NCBI GenBank assembly: GCA_963851265.1
Contig: CAWKNZ010000002.1
Location: 1,376,001 to 1,440,000 of the forward strand
DNA length: 64,000 nucleotides
DNA from: an uncultured Gemmatimonadales bacterium
Lineage (GTDB): Bacteria; Gemmatimonadota; Gemmatimonadetes; Gemmatimonadales; Gemmatimonadaceae
Direction of reading: 5' to 3'
The position numbers and the translations under genes were made by a program. Positions 10,109 through 19,614 of this stretch are shown here, one piece after another (the first letter of the stretch is position 1; every line of letters begins with the position of its first letter). A model generated the notes under the pieces. That model saw nothing but the letters and a program-made list of their open reading frames with translations, made no database searches and had not been told where the DNA came from.

Positions 10109-10792
10109 CTACTCGCCGGCGCGCGCGCGCTCCGCCAAGCGGCCCATCTCGGCGGCGAACACGTCGGCCGCCGCCGCGGCCTCGGCCGGCGATCGTCCGG
10201 GAACCACGAACGGCGCGGAGTAGGCGACCGTGATGCGCGTGAACGGTTTCGGGATCTCGAACCGATCCCAACTGTCGAGCCGCCACGCCCGCGCGACGTG
10301 CGCGACCATGCCGACCACGGGAACGCCGGCACGCTGCGCCGCAACGAGCGCGCCCGGCGCAAACGAGTGACGCGGCCCGCGCGGTCCGTCCGGCGTGACG
10401 GCCACGTCGGTTCCTTGCTTAAGCGCGCCGGCGAGCGCGAGTAAGGCGCGGGCACCGCCGCGGCTCGTCGAGCCGCGCACGGTCGCACACCCGAACGTCT
10501 CCGCGATGCGCGCGATGATCTCGCCGTCTCGGTGTTCGCTGATGAGAATCGCGATCCCGAGGTCGCGGTGGTGCGAGAGCATGGTGAGCATCTGACCGTG
10601 CCAGAGCGCGACGACGGTGCCCTGCCCCGCCGCGCGGCGGGCGTTCCACCCGTCGCGGCCGACCTCTCGCACGCGCCACGTGCGCGCGAGCGCCCGCAGC
10701 AGGCGCGAGCCGCCCGCAATTGCCGCGCGTACGCGCCACGGCAGCGGTGCGTCGCCTTCCGCCGTCGCTGCGGCCCCGCCCGCATCGCTCAC
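10109..10792 (-). CDS. DUF374 acyltransferase (LpxJ-like lipid A late acyltransferase candidate)
   Basis: ALWHGQ, ISEHRDGE, VRGSTSRGG, TPDGPRGP, SWDRFEIPKPF; between lpxB and lpxK. Confidence 0.85.
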   Translation of the reverse strand: MSDAGGAAATAEGDAPLPWRVRAAIAGGSRLLRALARTWRVREVGRDGWNARRAAGQGTVVALWHGQMLTMLSHHRDLGIAILISEHRDGEIIARIAETFGCATVRGSTSRGGARALLALAGALKQGTDVAVTPDGPRGPRHSFAPGALVAAQRAGVPVVGMVAHVARAWRLDSWDRFEIPKPFTRITVAYSAPFVVPGRSPAEAAAAADVFAAEMGRLAERARAGE

Positions 10793-10796
10793 GGCG

Positions 10797-11954
10797 TCAC
10801 GCAGCACCGAACGGACCCAGCATCCCGTCCGCGATCGCCGCGACCCGCTCCGCCGCGCCGGCCGTGCCCAACGCATCGCGCACGCCGGCGAGCGCGGCGA
10901 TCATGCGCCGCCGCTCGTCGCCGTCGGCCAGCAACGGGCGCAGCGCGGCGGCCATCCCGGCCGGCTGGACGGCATCCTGCACGAACTCGCGCGCGACCTC
11001 ACGGCCTGCGACCACGTTCACGAGCCCGATCCGCGGGATCTCGACCACGCGGCGTGCGACCTCGTACGTCCACCGGCTCGTGCGGTACGCGACGATGAGT
11101 GGGCACCCGGCGACCGCCGCCTCGAGCGTCGTCGTGCCACTCTTGCACAGCGCCGCCGTCGCGGCGCGCAGCAGCCGGAGCGACCCGCCCTGCACGAGCG
11201 GGAACGGACAGCGCGCCGGATCGATCGCGACGGTGGCCGCCACGCTCACGGCGACGTGCAGACCGGGCACCTCGGCCTGCAGCTGACGCGCGGTCGCGAC
11301 GAACGCGTCGAGATGCCGTTCCACCTCCTGCACCCGACTGCCCGGGAACAGCGCGAGCAGCGGACCCGCAGTCGGTAGTCCGAGCTCGAGTCGCGCGACC
11401 GCCGGGTCCGCGGGCAGGTGCGCCGCACGGTCGAGCATCGGGTGCCCTACGAACACCGTGTCGATCCCGTGGGCGCGCAGCAGGGCTTCCTCGAATGGCA
11501 GGATCACGGCGGCGCGCGTGATCACGCGCGCCATGCCGGCGAGGCGATGCTTGCGCCACGCCCACACCTGCGGCGTGATGAAGTAGAGCACGGGCACGCC
11601 GGCCCGCCGCGCCTCGGCGGCGACCCGCAGATTGAAGCCCGGGTAGTCGACGAGCACGAGGAGCCGCACGCGCCCGCCACGCAGCCGCGCGCGCAGACGC
11701 CGCAGCAGCGCGTAATGCGCGGGAACGTGACGCAGCACCTCGACGAACCCCATCACCGCCATCCGGCTGACGTCCTCGATCAGGTCGACCCCGGCGTCGC
11801 GCATCGCCTGGCCGCCGACGCCGACCACGCGCACGTCGCGCCGCGCGGCCGCGAGCGCGCCGGCCACGCCGGCTGCGTGCAGGTCGCCCGAGGCCTCACC
11901 CGCGACGAACAACACCTCCGGACGGCCGTCGGCCGGACGCCTGCGGTCAGGCAC
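10797..11954 (-). CDS. lpxB: Lipid A disaccharide synthase
   Basis: AGEASGDLH, VDYPGFN, PQVWAWR, ILPFE, FVGHP, LFPGSR, KSGTTTLE. Confidence 0.96.
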   Translation of the reverse strand: MPDRRRPADGRPEVLFVAGEASGDLHAAGVAGALAAARRDVRVVGVGGQAMRDAGVDLIEDVSRMAVMGFVEVLRHVPAHYALLRRLRARLRGGRVRLLVLVDYPGFNLRVAAEARRAGVPVLYFITPQVWAWRKHRLAGMARVITRAAVILPFEEALLRAHGIDTVFVGHPMLDRAAHLPADPAVARLELGLPTAGPLLALFPGSRVQEVERHLDAFVATARQLQAEVPGLHVAVSVAATVAIDPARCPFPLVQGGSLRLLRAATAALCKSGTTTLEAAVAGCPLIVAYRTSRWTYEVARRVVEIPRIGLVNVVAGREVAREFVQDAVQPAGMAAALRPLLADGDERRRMIAALAGVRDALGTAGAAERVAAIADGMLGPFGAA

Positions 11955-11962
11955 CGGCGGCG

Positions 11963-13024
11963 TTATCCGCGCCCGGCGGAGCCGCGGAGCGCCGGCATCG
12001 TGCGCTCGATCTCGGCCACGATTTCGAGTGCGACGGCGAGCGCCTCGCGCCCGTCGGACCCCGTCACAGCAACGGGCTGCTCGCCCCGCAGCGTCGCGGC
12101 GAAGCTTTCGAGTTCGAGCCGCAACGGCTCCCCCTCCGGCGCGTCCAGCGGTACGCGCTCGACGAACGCCGCGAGGTCGACCGGTCCGGCCGCAACGCCC
12201 GGGGCCGTGCCCGCCCCCCCGGCAAGTCCGGCCGCGATCGCCGCGAAGCTCACGTCGTCGCGCAGGCGAAAGAACTCGCCCGTCCCCGCCGCGAGGTCGA
12301 GAGAGAGGTAGCCACTCTGTTGAAAGATGCGGAGCTTCCGCAACCGGTCGCGTGACACGCGACTCGCCGTGATGTTGGCAACGGCGCCGGACGAGAACGC
12401 GAGGCGCGCGCTCGCAATGTCGACGGTCGGCGTGAGCACGGGAACGCCCGTCGCGCGCACCTCCCGCACACCGCCGCCGACGAACGTCCGCACGAGGTCG
12501 ATGTCGTGGATCATCAGGTCGAGCACCACGGCGACGTCGGACCCGCGCGTCGTGAACGGCGCGAGCCGGTCGCTCTCGATGAACCGCGGCGCGTCGACAT
12601 ACGGGAGCGCGGCGCGCACCGCGCGGTTGAACCGCTCGACGTGTCCCGTCTGCACGGTCGCGCCCGCAGATGCCGCGATCGCGAGCAGCTCGTCCGCCTC
12701 GGCGAGCGTGGTCGTGATCGGCTTCTCGATCAACAGGTGCTTGCCACGAGCGAGCGCCGCCCGCGCGACCTCGAAGTGCGCCGGCGTCGGCACGACGACC
12801 GTGAGGGCGTCCGCCGCGTCGAGCAGCGCGTCGTAGTCGTCGTGCGCGCGCACCCCCAACGCGTCGGCGACGTGCGCGCGCCGCGCCGCGTCGGCGTCGT
12901 AGAACCCGGCGAACCGCACGCCCGGCAGGTCGCGCAGGATCCGGGCGTGGTGATAGCCTAACGCGCCCGCGCCGACCACGCCGAGGCGCGGGCCGCCGTC
13001 GCGTCCCGCGGCCGACCCGCTCAG
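11963..13024 (-). CDS. Gfo/Idh/MocA oxidoreductase, GnnA-like (probable CTG start at 13024; first GTG at 12979)
   Basis: RLGVVGAGALGYHHAR, EKP, GHVERFN, VVLDLMIHDID, ANITASRVS; between lpxA and lpxB. Confidence 0.85.
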   Translation of the reverse strand: MSGSAAGRDGGPRLGVVGAGALGYHHARILRDLPGVRFAGFYDADAARRAHVADALGVRAHDDYDALLDAADALTVVVPTPAHFEVARAALARGKHLLIEKPITTTLAEADELLAIAASAGATVQTGHVERFNRAVRAALPYVDAPRFIESDRLAPFTTRGSDVAVVLDLMIHDIDLVRTFVGGGVREVRATGVPVLTPTVDIASARLAFSSGAVANITASRVSRDRLRKLRIFQQSGYLSLDLAAGTGEFFRLRDDVSFAAIAAGLAGGAGTAPGVAAGPVDLAAFVERVPLDAPEGEPLRLELESFAATLRGEQPVAVTGSDGREALAVALEIVAEIERTMPALRGSAGRG

Positions 13025-13800
13025 ATGCTCACCCCGCGGCCGCTCGACGCGACGAAGTCGAGCAGCGTCCGGACCTCCGGGACCGACATGTCGAGCTCCT
13101 CACGCGCCCGGTTCACGGCCGCGCTGAGCATCAGATCGGACCGGAACAGGAGGCGGTAGGCGCGCTTCAGCTCCAGCAGCGTCGCCTCGCTGAACCCGCT
13201 TCGCTGCAAACCGACCGCGTTCAGACCGTAGAGCTTGATCGGGTTGCCCACGGCCTTCACGTACGGCGGTACGTCCTTCGCGACGCGCGAGCACCCGCCG
13301 ATGAACGCGTGTCGCCCGATCCGTACGAACTGATGGACCGCCGACACGCCCGACACGATCGCCCGGTCCTCGATCGTCACGTGGCCGGCGAGCTGCACGG
13401 CGTTCGACAGGATCACGCCGTCGCCCACGTGGCAATCGTGGCCGAGGTGCACGTACGACATGACGAAGCTGCCCCGGCCGACGGTCGTCCGCTGCGACTC
13501 GGCGGTCCCGCGATTGATCGTCGCGTACTCGCGGATCGTCGTGTCGTCGCCGATCTCGACCCACGTCTCCTCGCCGCGGAACTTCAGGTCCTGCGGATCA
13601 CCGCCTAACACCGTCCCGATCCCGACCTTCACGCGCGCGCCGAGCCGCACGTTACGTTCGAGCGTCGCGCGCGCCGAGAGCACCGACCCCTCGCCGATCA
13701 CGCACCCCTCGCCGACCATCGCCCACGGTCCCACCTCGACGTCAGCCGCGAGCTCCGCTCGCGGATGCACCACCGCCGTACGATCGATCCGAACCGTCAC
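13021..13800 (-). CDS. lpxA: Acyl-ACP--UDP-N-acetylglucosamine acyltransferase
   Basis: Hexapeptide repeats, PQDLKF, IREYATINRGT, HLGHDC, VHQFVRIG, KDVPPY, GLNAVGL. Confidence 0.96.
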   Translation of the reverse strand: MTVRIDRTAVVHPRAELAADVEVGPWAMVGEGCVIGEGSVLSARATLERNVRLGARVKVGIGTVLGGDPQDLKFRGEETWVEIGDDTTIREYATINRGTAESQRTTVGRGSFVMSYVHLGHDCHVGDGVILSNAVQLAGHVTIEDRAIVSGVSAVHQFVRIGRHAFIGGCSRVAKDVPPYVKAVGNPIKLYGLNAVGLQRSGFSEATLLELKRAYRLLFRSDLMLSAAVNRAREELDMSVPEVRTLLDFVASSGRGVSI

Positions 13801-15161
13801 CGGTCGCGCACCATCGCGGACATGTCCGCCTCGGCCACCACCTCGCCGTCGACCTTCGCAACACCGCGCATCCGGCATACCGGGCCACGCACCTGGACCA
13901 GGTCCAGCTCGAAGCGCAACTGGTCGCCTGGCCGGACGGGACGGCGAAACTTCACGTTGTCGAGTGTCGTGAAGTAGACGACCTTCGCCTCCGGGTCCGG
14001 CAACGATCCGAGCAGCAGCATTCCGCCCGTCTGGGCCATCGCCTCGACGATCAGCACGCCGGGCATGATCGGGTGCCCCGGAAAGTGTCCCTGGAAGAAG
14101 GGCTCGTTGATCGTCACGTTCTTGATCCCGACCACGCGCGACTTGGGCTCCAACTCGACGATGCGGTCCACGAGGAGGAACGGATAGCGGTGCGGGAGCA
14201 CCTTCATGATCTCTTCGATGCCGAGCACGGTCGGTCGTGGCGAGAGCGAGGTGGCGGGTGGGTCGAGCGCCGGCGCGCTCGGGCGCGCGGCGGCGACGAG
14301 CGCGCGAACGAAGCGAATCGTACCGCGATGGCTCGGGCGATGCGCGACCACACGCGCGCGAACTCTGCGTCCCGCGAGCGCCAGGTCGCCCACACAGTCG
14401 AGCGCCTTGTGGCGCACGAACTCGTCGGGCCAGCGGAGCGTGCCGTCGACGACGCTCGTGTCGTCGAGGACGACGGCGTTCGCCGTCGACGCGCCCTGAA
14501 TGAGGCCGCTGGCGCGCAACGCGTCCACCTCGCGCACGAACCCGAACGTGCGCGCCGGCGCGAGTTCCTCCGCGAACGTTTCTGGCGACACGAGGTAAGT
14601 GCCGCGCTGGGCGCCGATCAGCGGGTGGTCGAACGCGATCTCGACGTCGAGCGAGAACGCGGCGGCGGGGTGCGCCTCGTAGACGCTGTCGCCGTACGCG
14701 ACACGCACGGGCGCGTCGAGCTCGAGCCAGTCGACCGCGCCGCCGCTGGCGACGATCCCAGCGGACCGTAACGCCGCGACGAACGGCGCCGCGCTGCCGT
14801 CGAGAATCGGCGGCTCGGCGGCGTCGAGGTCGACGAGAATGTCGTCGATCCCGAGCCCCGCGATCGCGGCCAGCACGTGCTCGACCGTGTGCAGCGCCGA
14901 CTCGCCGGACCCGAGCACCGTATGCCGCTCGCGCTCGACGGCGACGTCGACACGCGCCGGGATCTCCGGCGCTCCCGTGAGGTCGGTGCGCCGAAAGACG
15001 ACGCCCGCGCCGGGCGCCGCCGGCCGAAACGTGATCGTACACGGACGACCGAGGTGGAGCCCGACCCCGCGCAACTCGACCGAACGCGCGACCGTCCGAC
15101 GCGGCTGCGTCGGCGCGGCACGGGACGCTGCGCGCCGTTCGTCCGAACGCGGCGCGGTCAC
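13797..15161 (-). CDS. lpxC-fabZ: Bifunctional LpxC/FabZ fusion
   Basis: [32 protein letters not shown] (LpxC) in one ORF with [34 protein letters not shown] (FabZ). Confidence 0.95.
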   Translation of the reverse strand: MTAPRSDERRAASRAAPTQPRRTVARSVELRGVGLHLGRPCTITFRPAAPGAGVVFRRTDLTGAPEIPARVDVAVERERHTVLGSGESALHTVEHVLAAIAGLGIDDILVDLDAAEPPILDGSAAPFVAALRSAGIVASGGAVDWLELDAPVRVAYGDSVYEAHPAAAFSLDVEIAFDHPLIGAQRGTYLVSPETFAEELAPARTFGFVREVDALRASGLIQGASTANAVVLDDTSVVDGTLRWPDEFVRHKALDCVGDLALAGRRVRARVVAHRPSHRGTIRFVRALVAAARPSAPALDPPATSLSPRPTVLGIEEIMKVLPHRYPFLLVDRIVELEPKSRVVGIKNVTINEPFFQGHFPGHPIMPGVLIVEAMAQTGGMLLLGSLPDPEAKVVYFTTLDNVKFRRPVRPGDQLRFELDLVQVRGPVCRMRGVAKVDGEVVAEADMSAMVRDR

Positions 15162-16267
15162 GCGTCCTCCGCGCTGCGCGCCGCGAGGAGCCGCTCGAGC
15201 GGTCGGAGCATAGCCGCGAGACGAAACAGCGCCGCGTGGGCCCGGAGCGACTCGCGTTGCGGTCGCGCAGGATACCCGCCCCATGTCTCGCCGGCCGGAA
15301 CGTCGCCGAACACGCCGGCCTGCCCCGCCACTCGCGCGCCGCGCCCGATCGTGACGTGTCCGCCAACCCCGACTTGCCCGGCCAGAATCACTCCGTCCTC
15401 CACGTTCGCAGAACCCGCGATCCCGACCTGCGCCATCAGCAAGCAGCGCTTGCCGATTCGGACGTTGTGTCCGACGTGCACGAGATTGTCGATCTTGGTG
15501 CCCGCGCCGATGACCGTGTCACCGACGCTCCCCCGGTCGATCGTCACGTTCGCGCCGATCTCGACGTCGTCCTCGATCACGCAGCGCCCCACGTGCGGAA
15601 TCTTGCGGTGCGCGCCGTCCGCGTAGACGTACCCGAACCCGTCGCTCGCGACGCGCGCGCCGCTGTGCACGATCACGCGCTCGCCTAACACCGCGCCCGG
15701 ATAGAGCGTCACGTGCGGCCGCACCTCGCTCGCGCGCCCCACCTCCACTCCGGCCCCGACGACGGCGTGCGCGCCGATCCACGCGCCGTCTCCGACCGTC
15801 GCGCCCTCGCCGATCGTCGCGTAGGGGTCGACGACCACGTCCGCGCCGAGGCGCGCGCCGGCGCCGATGCAGGCCGTCGGGTGCACACCCGGCACCCGCG
15901 GCCGCGCGGGGTGGAGCGCGCCGAGGAGGGCGAGCACGGCCTCGTGCGGCCGATCGACGACGACGCGCACCGCACCGGGCGCGCCGGGCGCGTCGGCGAG
16001 CGCCGGCGACACGAGCACTACCGCCGCGCGCACTCCGCCAAACGATGGCACGTACCGGACGTCCGCGAGGAAGGTCGCGGCGTCGTCACCGGATTCGGAC
16101 AGCGCGGCGACACGCCGGACGCACACGGGCGTGCCGACATCTGCCTCGGCGACGCGCCCGCCCGTGAGGCGGACGACGTCGTCGAGGGTCAGCGCCGGCG
16201 CGTGCGCGTCGGACAGGTCGCGCGTCGCGCCTGCCGGCCGCGGCGCGGGTTCGGCCGCGTCGGGCAC
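15158..16267 (-). CDS. lpxD: UDP-3-O-acylglucosamine N-acyltransferase
   Basis: [46 protein letters not shown]. Confidence 0.96.
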   Translation of the reverse strand: MPDAAEPAPRPAGATRDLSDAHAPALTLDDVVRLTGGRVAEADVGTPVCVRRVAALSESGDDAATFLADVRYVPSFGGVRAAVVLVSPALADAPGAPGAVRVVVDRPHEAVLALLGALHPARPRVPGVHPTACIGAGARLGADVVVDPYATIGEGATVGDGAWIGAHAVVGAGVEVGRASEVRPHVTLYPGAVLGERVIVHSGARVASDGFGYVYADGAHRKIPHVGRCVIEDDVEIGANVTIDRGSVGDTVIGAGTKIDNLVHVGHNVRIGKRCLLMAQVGIAGSANVEDGVILAGQVGVGGHVTIGRGARVAGQAGVFGDVPAGETWGGYPARPQRESLRAHAALFRLAAMLRPLERLLAARSAEDA

Positions 16268-16294
16268 GGGCGCGCGGAGCTCGATCCGGCGGCC

Positions 16295-16927
16295 TTACGG
16301 CGTGCTGCGCGGGCGCGTCGCGCCGGCGGCCGCGGGCGCCGCGCCGGCGGTCGGACGCGCGGTTGCGCCCGCGCCGCCGGTGCGCGACGCCGCGGCGACC
16401 GTGCGAATGCGCGACAACACCTGGTCCGTCACGTCGAGGCTCTTGTCGGCGGCCAGCATCGGCGAGTTCGGCCCCGACGCGAAGATCATCGAATAGCCGC
16501 CGGTCGTCCGCACGTCCTCGATCGCCTGGCGCACGGTCGTCTCGAACCCGCCCGCGAGCTCCTGCTGCCGGCGGCCGAACCGCTCCTGCAGCGCCTGGTC
16601 CCGCTGCGTGTACTCCTGCTGCTTGGCTTCGAGCTCGCGCTCGCGCGTCTGGCGCTGCGCGGCCGTGAGCGTCGCCTGCGCCTTCTGGTACGCACCCGCC
16701 ATGGCGTTCAGCGAGTCGAGCATGCGCTGATGCTCGGTGCGCATCGCCTGACCCTCGCGCTCGAGCGTCTGCTGCGCGTCGGCGCGACCGGGCACCTGGT
16801 CGAGGACCGAGGCGACGTCGACGTACCCGAACTTCAGCGGCGCCTGCGCCGCGGCCGGGCGGACCGCCGCGGCCGCGGCGGTAAGGACGAGCGCGGCCGA
16901 CGCCGCGCGAACTGTAGAACGCATCAC
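16295..16927 (-). CDS. skp: OmpH/Skp periplasmic chaperone
   Basis: Signal peptide, LKFGYVDV, long coiled coil, DVTDQVL; directly after bamA. Confidence 0.88.
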   Translation of the reverse strand: MMRSTVRAASAALVLTAAAAAVRPAAAQAPLKFGYVDVASVLDQVPGRADAQQTLEREGQAMRTEHQRMLDSLNAMAGAYQKAQATLTAAQRQTRERELEAKQQEYTQRDQALQERFGRRQQELAGGFETTVRQAIEDVRTTGGYSMIFASGPNSPMLAADKSLDVTDQVLSRIRTVAAASRTGGAGATARPTAGAAPAAAGATRPRSTP

Positions 16928-16964
16928 TCGAAGGGAACGGAGGAGAAACGGCGGGACCGAACGG

Positions 16965-19523
16965 TCAGTACTGGATGTTGCCGAACCGGAAGTGCAGCTG
17001 CCACTTCGGGGCCGGGCGCGTGCCTAACGCCTTGTTGTTGGCGTCGATGTACGCGCGCCGGTCGAAGCCGTACGCGTAGTCGAGCCCGAGGGGCCCGAGC
17101 GGGGTGACGATGCTCGCGCCGACGCCGGCGCCGCGGAACAGGCGCGTCGGGTCGAAATCCGTCGCGCGCGCGTAGCTGTTGCCGGCGTCGAAGAACGTGT
17201 TGAGGTAGAGCTGTTGGTTGAACCGCAGCCCCAGCTCCGCCGTCGACGTGAAGAAGGCGTTGCCGAACGCGTTCCGCCCCGAGCTCGCCGACGTGAGCTC
17301 CGCGTTCGGGTCGAACCCGCGCGGCGTGATCGAGAACTCGGGGTACCCGCGCAGCTGCTGACCGTACTGCACGCCCCCGACCGCGAACGCCTGCTGCGCG
17401 AAGAACGCGCCGGGGTCGCCGATGATCGCACCCCCGCGCCCGGTGAGCCCGAACACGATCTTCTTCGGCTGATCGCCGAGTCCGCCGCCGAACTGCCCGA
17501 GCGTGACGAACGACCCGGCCTGACCCGTGACGCGCTGGAACGTCGTGCGCCCGCCTAACGGACCGCCGTTGAGGTCGAACGTGAGCGCCTGGATCCCGCC
17601 GGCGCTCGGGTACGGCAGATCGATGCGCGTGTCGTGCGTGAAGTCGAACCCGAGCGCCGAACGGAAGCAGTTCTCGAGGCACGTCGTCGTCGAGTACCCG
17701 AGGTTCGCCAGCGTCGACAGGTCCGCGTTGCGGTACGAGGTCGCTTCCGCCGTGTACGACACGCCGAGCGTCGAAAAGAACGAGCCCGGCACCGGAAACC
17801 CGAGCCGAACGCTCGCGCCCGTCGTCACCGTGTTGTCGCCGAAACCCGTGATCGTGTACCGGCTCTGGCGCCGGTAGATGCTCGTCGTCCCAGACACGCG
17901 CGACTTCCGCAGCGCGGGGTCCGTGTACTGCAGCTCGAAGTCGTTGATGTACCGCCCGAAGTTCCAGTTCACCGAGCCGCGCTTGCACTGCCCGAACAGG
18001 TTCGGCTGGTCGACCCCGATGAACCCGCCGACGCCCACGCCCGACCCGCCGACCGACGCGCCGAAGTTGAAGCTCCCAGTGCGCTTCTCCTTGACGCGGA
18101 AGATCACGTCGAGGTCGCCGTTCTCGTTCGCGGTTCGCGTGTCCGGCTGCGCGAGCGGCGTCTCGAAAAAGTTCAGGTTGCCGACGTTCTGCCAGCTGCG
18201 CAGCAAGCGATCCTGGTTGAACACGTCACCGGGCAGGATCACGAGTTGGCGGCGGATGCACTCGTCGGTCGTGTAGTCATTCCCCGCGATCTCGATGCGG
18301 TTGATGATCGCGGGCGTCTTCTCGTCGATCTGCCACCGCAGGTTCACCACCGGCGTCGAGTCCGGTCCCACCTTCGCGCGCTCGACGACCGGCGTCACGC
18401 GCGCGTAGATGTACCCCTCGTTCCGATACGCGCCCTGCACGCGCTCCGTCGCCGCGTCCCAGCGCGCCTGATCGAAGACGTCCTTGTCGGGCGCGCGGAA
18501 CTTGCCGCGGACCACGCCCGCGACGCGCTCCGTCAGCGTCGGACCCGCGCCGTTGAACGGGTAGTACTGCTTCAACTCGTCGGTCGAGAAACGCCGGTTA
18601 TCCGTGATCTCGAAGCGGCCGATCTTGTACTGCGGGCCCTCGCGCACCGTGAGGTCGACGACGGCCTTCCCACGCTCGCGATCGATGATCAGCGTGTCCT
18701 TCAGGACCTGAAAGTCGAGGAGCCCGTTGTTCGCGTACGTCGCCGGCAACCGCTCCGCGACGTCGCCCGAGAACTTGTCCTCGTCGAACGCGCCCTTCCG
18801 CCACCACCAGAACCCTTCGGGCTTGGTCTGCATCGCGCCGACGACCTGATCGGTCGTCAGCTTCTTGTTGCCGTGCACGCGCACGCCCGAGATCGCGAGG
18901 CGGCGTCCCTCGTCGATGTGGAAGACGATTTTGAGGCGGTTGTCCGCGGTGACCGTGCTCTCCGGACGCACCCGTGCGAGGTAGAAGCCGCGGGCCTGAT
19001 AGCTCGAATCGAGGCGAGCCGTCAACCCCGCGACCTTGGACGGGTCGACCGGCGAGCCGATCGGCAGATCCAGCTTGCCGCGCGCCGACCCGAGGTCGCT
19101 CGCCGTGCCCACGACGTCGACGGACTGCAACACGGGGCGCTCGCGCACCGTGAACACGATGGCCGCGCGCCGCCCCGCACCCGCGACCTCGCATCCGACA
19201 CGAACGTCGTCGAACTCGCCGGTCGCGTACAGCCGCCGGATCGCGCCCTGAAGTTGCGGCGTGCCGACCTCCGTCCGGGGCTGGATCCCGATGTCGCCGA
19301 TCGCGGTCGTCGCACTCACGCGCGACAGCCCACGCACGATGACCGTGTCCGGCGCCGCACACCGGGCGGCCGAATCGGCGGGCGCCATGGGCGCGCTCGG
19401 GGCCGTGCCGGCGGGTGCCGCGGGAGTGGGAGTTTGTGCGGCGGCCTGGCCGACCGCCGCTGCGAGCAACGCCGAGATACCGGCCGTGACCGGGGTCGCG
19501 ACGCGAGGAGACACGAAACGCAT
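16965..19523 (-). CDS. bamA: Outer membrane protein assembly factor BamA
   Basis: POTRA repeats, VKEKRTGSFNFG, NLFG, LRGY, TPLGPLGLDYAYG, C-terminal beta signal. Confidence 0.95.
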   Translation of the reverse strand: MRFVSPRVATPVTAGISALLAAAVGQAAAQTPTPAAPAGTAPSAPMAPADSAARCAAPDTVIVRGLSRVSATTAIGDIGIQPRTEVGTPQLQGAIRRLYATGEFDDVRVGCEVAGAGRRAAIVFTVRERPVLQSVDVVGTASDLGSARGKLDLPIGSPVDPSKVAGLTARLDSSYQARGFYLARVRPESTVTADNRLKIVFHIDEGRRLAISGVRVHGNKKLTTDQVVGAMQTKPEGFWWWRKGAFDEDKFSGDVAERLPATYANNGLLDFQVLKDTLIIDRERGKAVVDLTVREGPQYKIGRFEITDNRRFSTDELKQYYPFNGAGPTLTERVAGVVRGKFRAPDKDVFDQARWDAATERVQGAYRNEGYIYARVTPVVERAKVGPDSTPVVNLRWQIDEKTPAIINRIEIAGNDYTTDECIRRQLVILPGDVFNQDRLLRSWQNVGNLNFFETPLAQPDTRTANENGDLDVIFRVKEKRTGSFNFGASVGGSGVGVGGFIGVDQPNLFGQCKRGSVNWNFGRYINDFELQYTDPALRKSRVSGTTSIYRRQSRYTITGFGDNTVTTGASVRLGFPVPGSFFSTLGVSYTAEATSYRNADLSTLANLGYSTTTCLENCFRSALGFDFTHDTRIDLPYPSAGGIQALTFDLNGGPLGGRTTFQRVTGQAGSFVTLGQFGGGLGDQPKKIVFGLTGRGGAIIGDPGAFFAQQAFAVGGVQYGQQLRGYPEFSITPRGFDPNAELTSASSGRNAFGNAFFTSTAELGLRFNQQLYLNTFFDAGNSYARATDFDPTRLFRGAGVGASIVTPLGPLGLDYAYGFDRRAYIDANNKALGTRPAPKWQLHFRFGNIQY

Positions 19524-19529
19524 GGGCCG

Positions 19530-19535
19530 AATATA
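19530..19535 (-). promoter_or_regulatory. Putative -10 element (TATATT) 6 nt before bamA ATG
   Basis: Minus strand TGTG-TATATT-CGGCCC-ATG, no SD. Confidence 0.45.
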
Positions 19536-19614
19536 CACAGGCCCGGCACGGCGGATCCGCCGTGCCGGGCCTGCCACCGCGGGGCCGATCTGGCCCCGCC
19601 GTGCCCCACTATCG

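Noticed and set aside
6426..10223. 1265-aa plus-strand ORF and other long antisense ORFs (1992-4724, 17634-19766, 19261-21342, 47044-48996)
   Set aside because: Shadow ORFs opposite well-conserved genes; expected at this GC content, with no recognisable motifs
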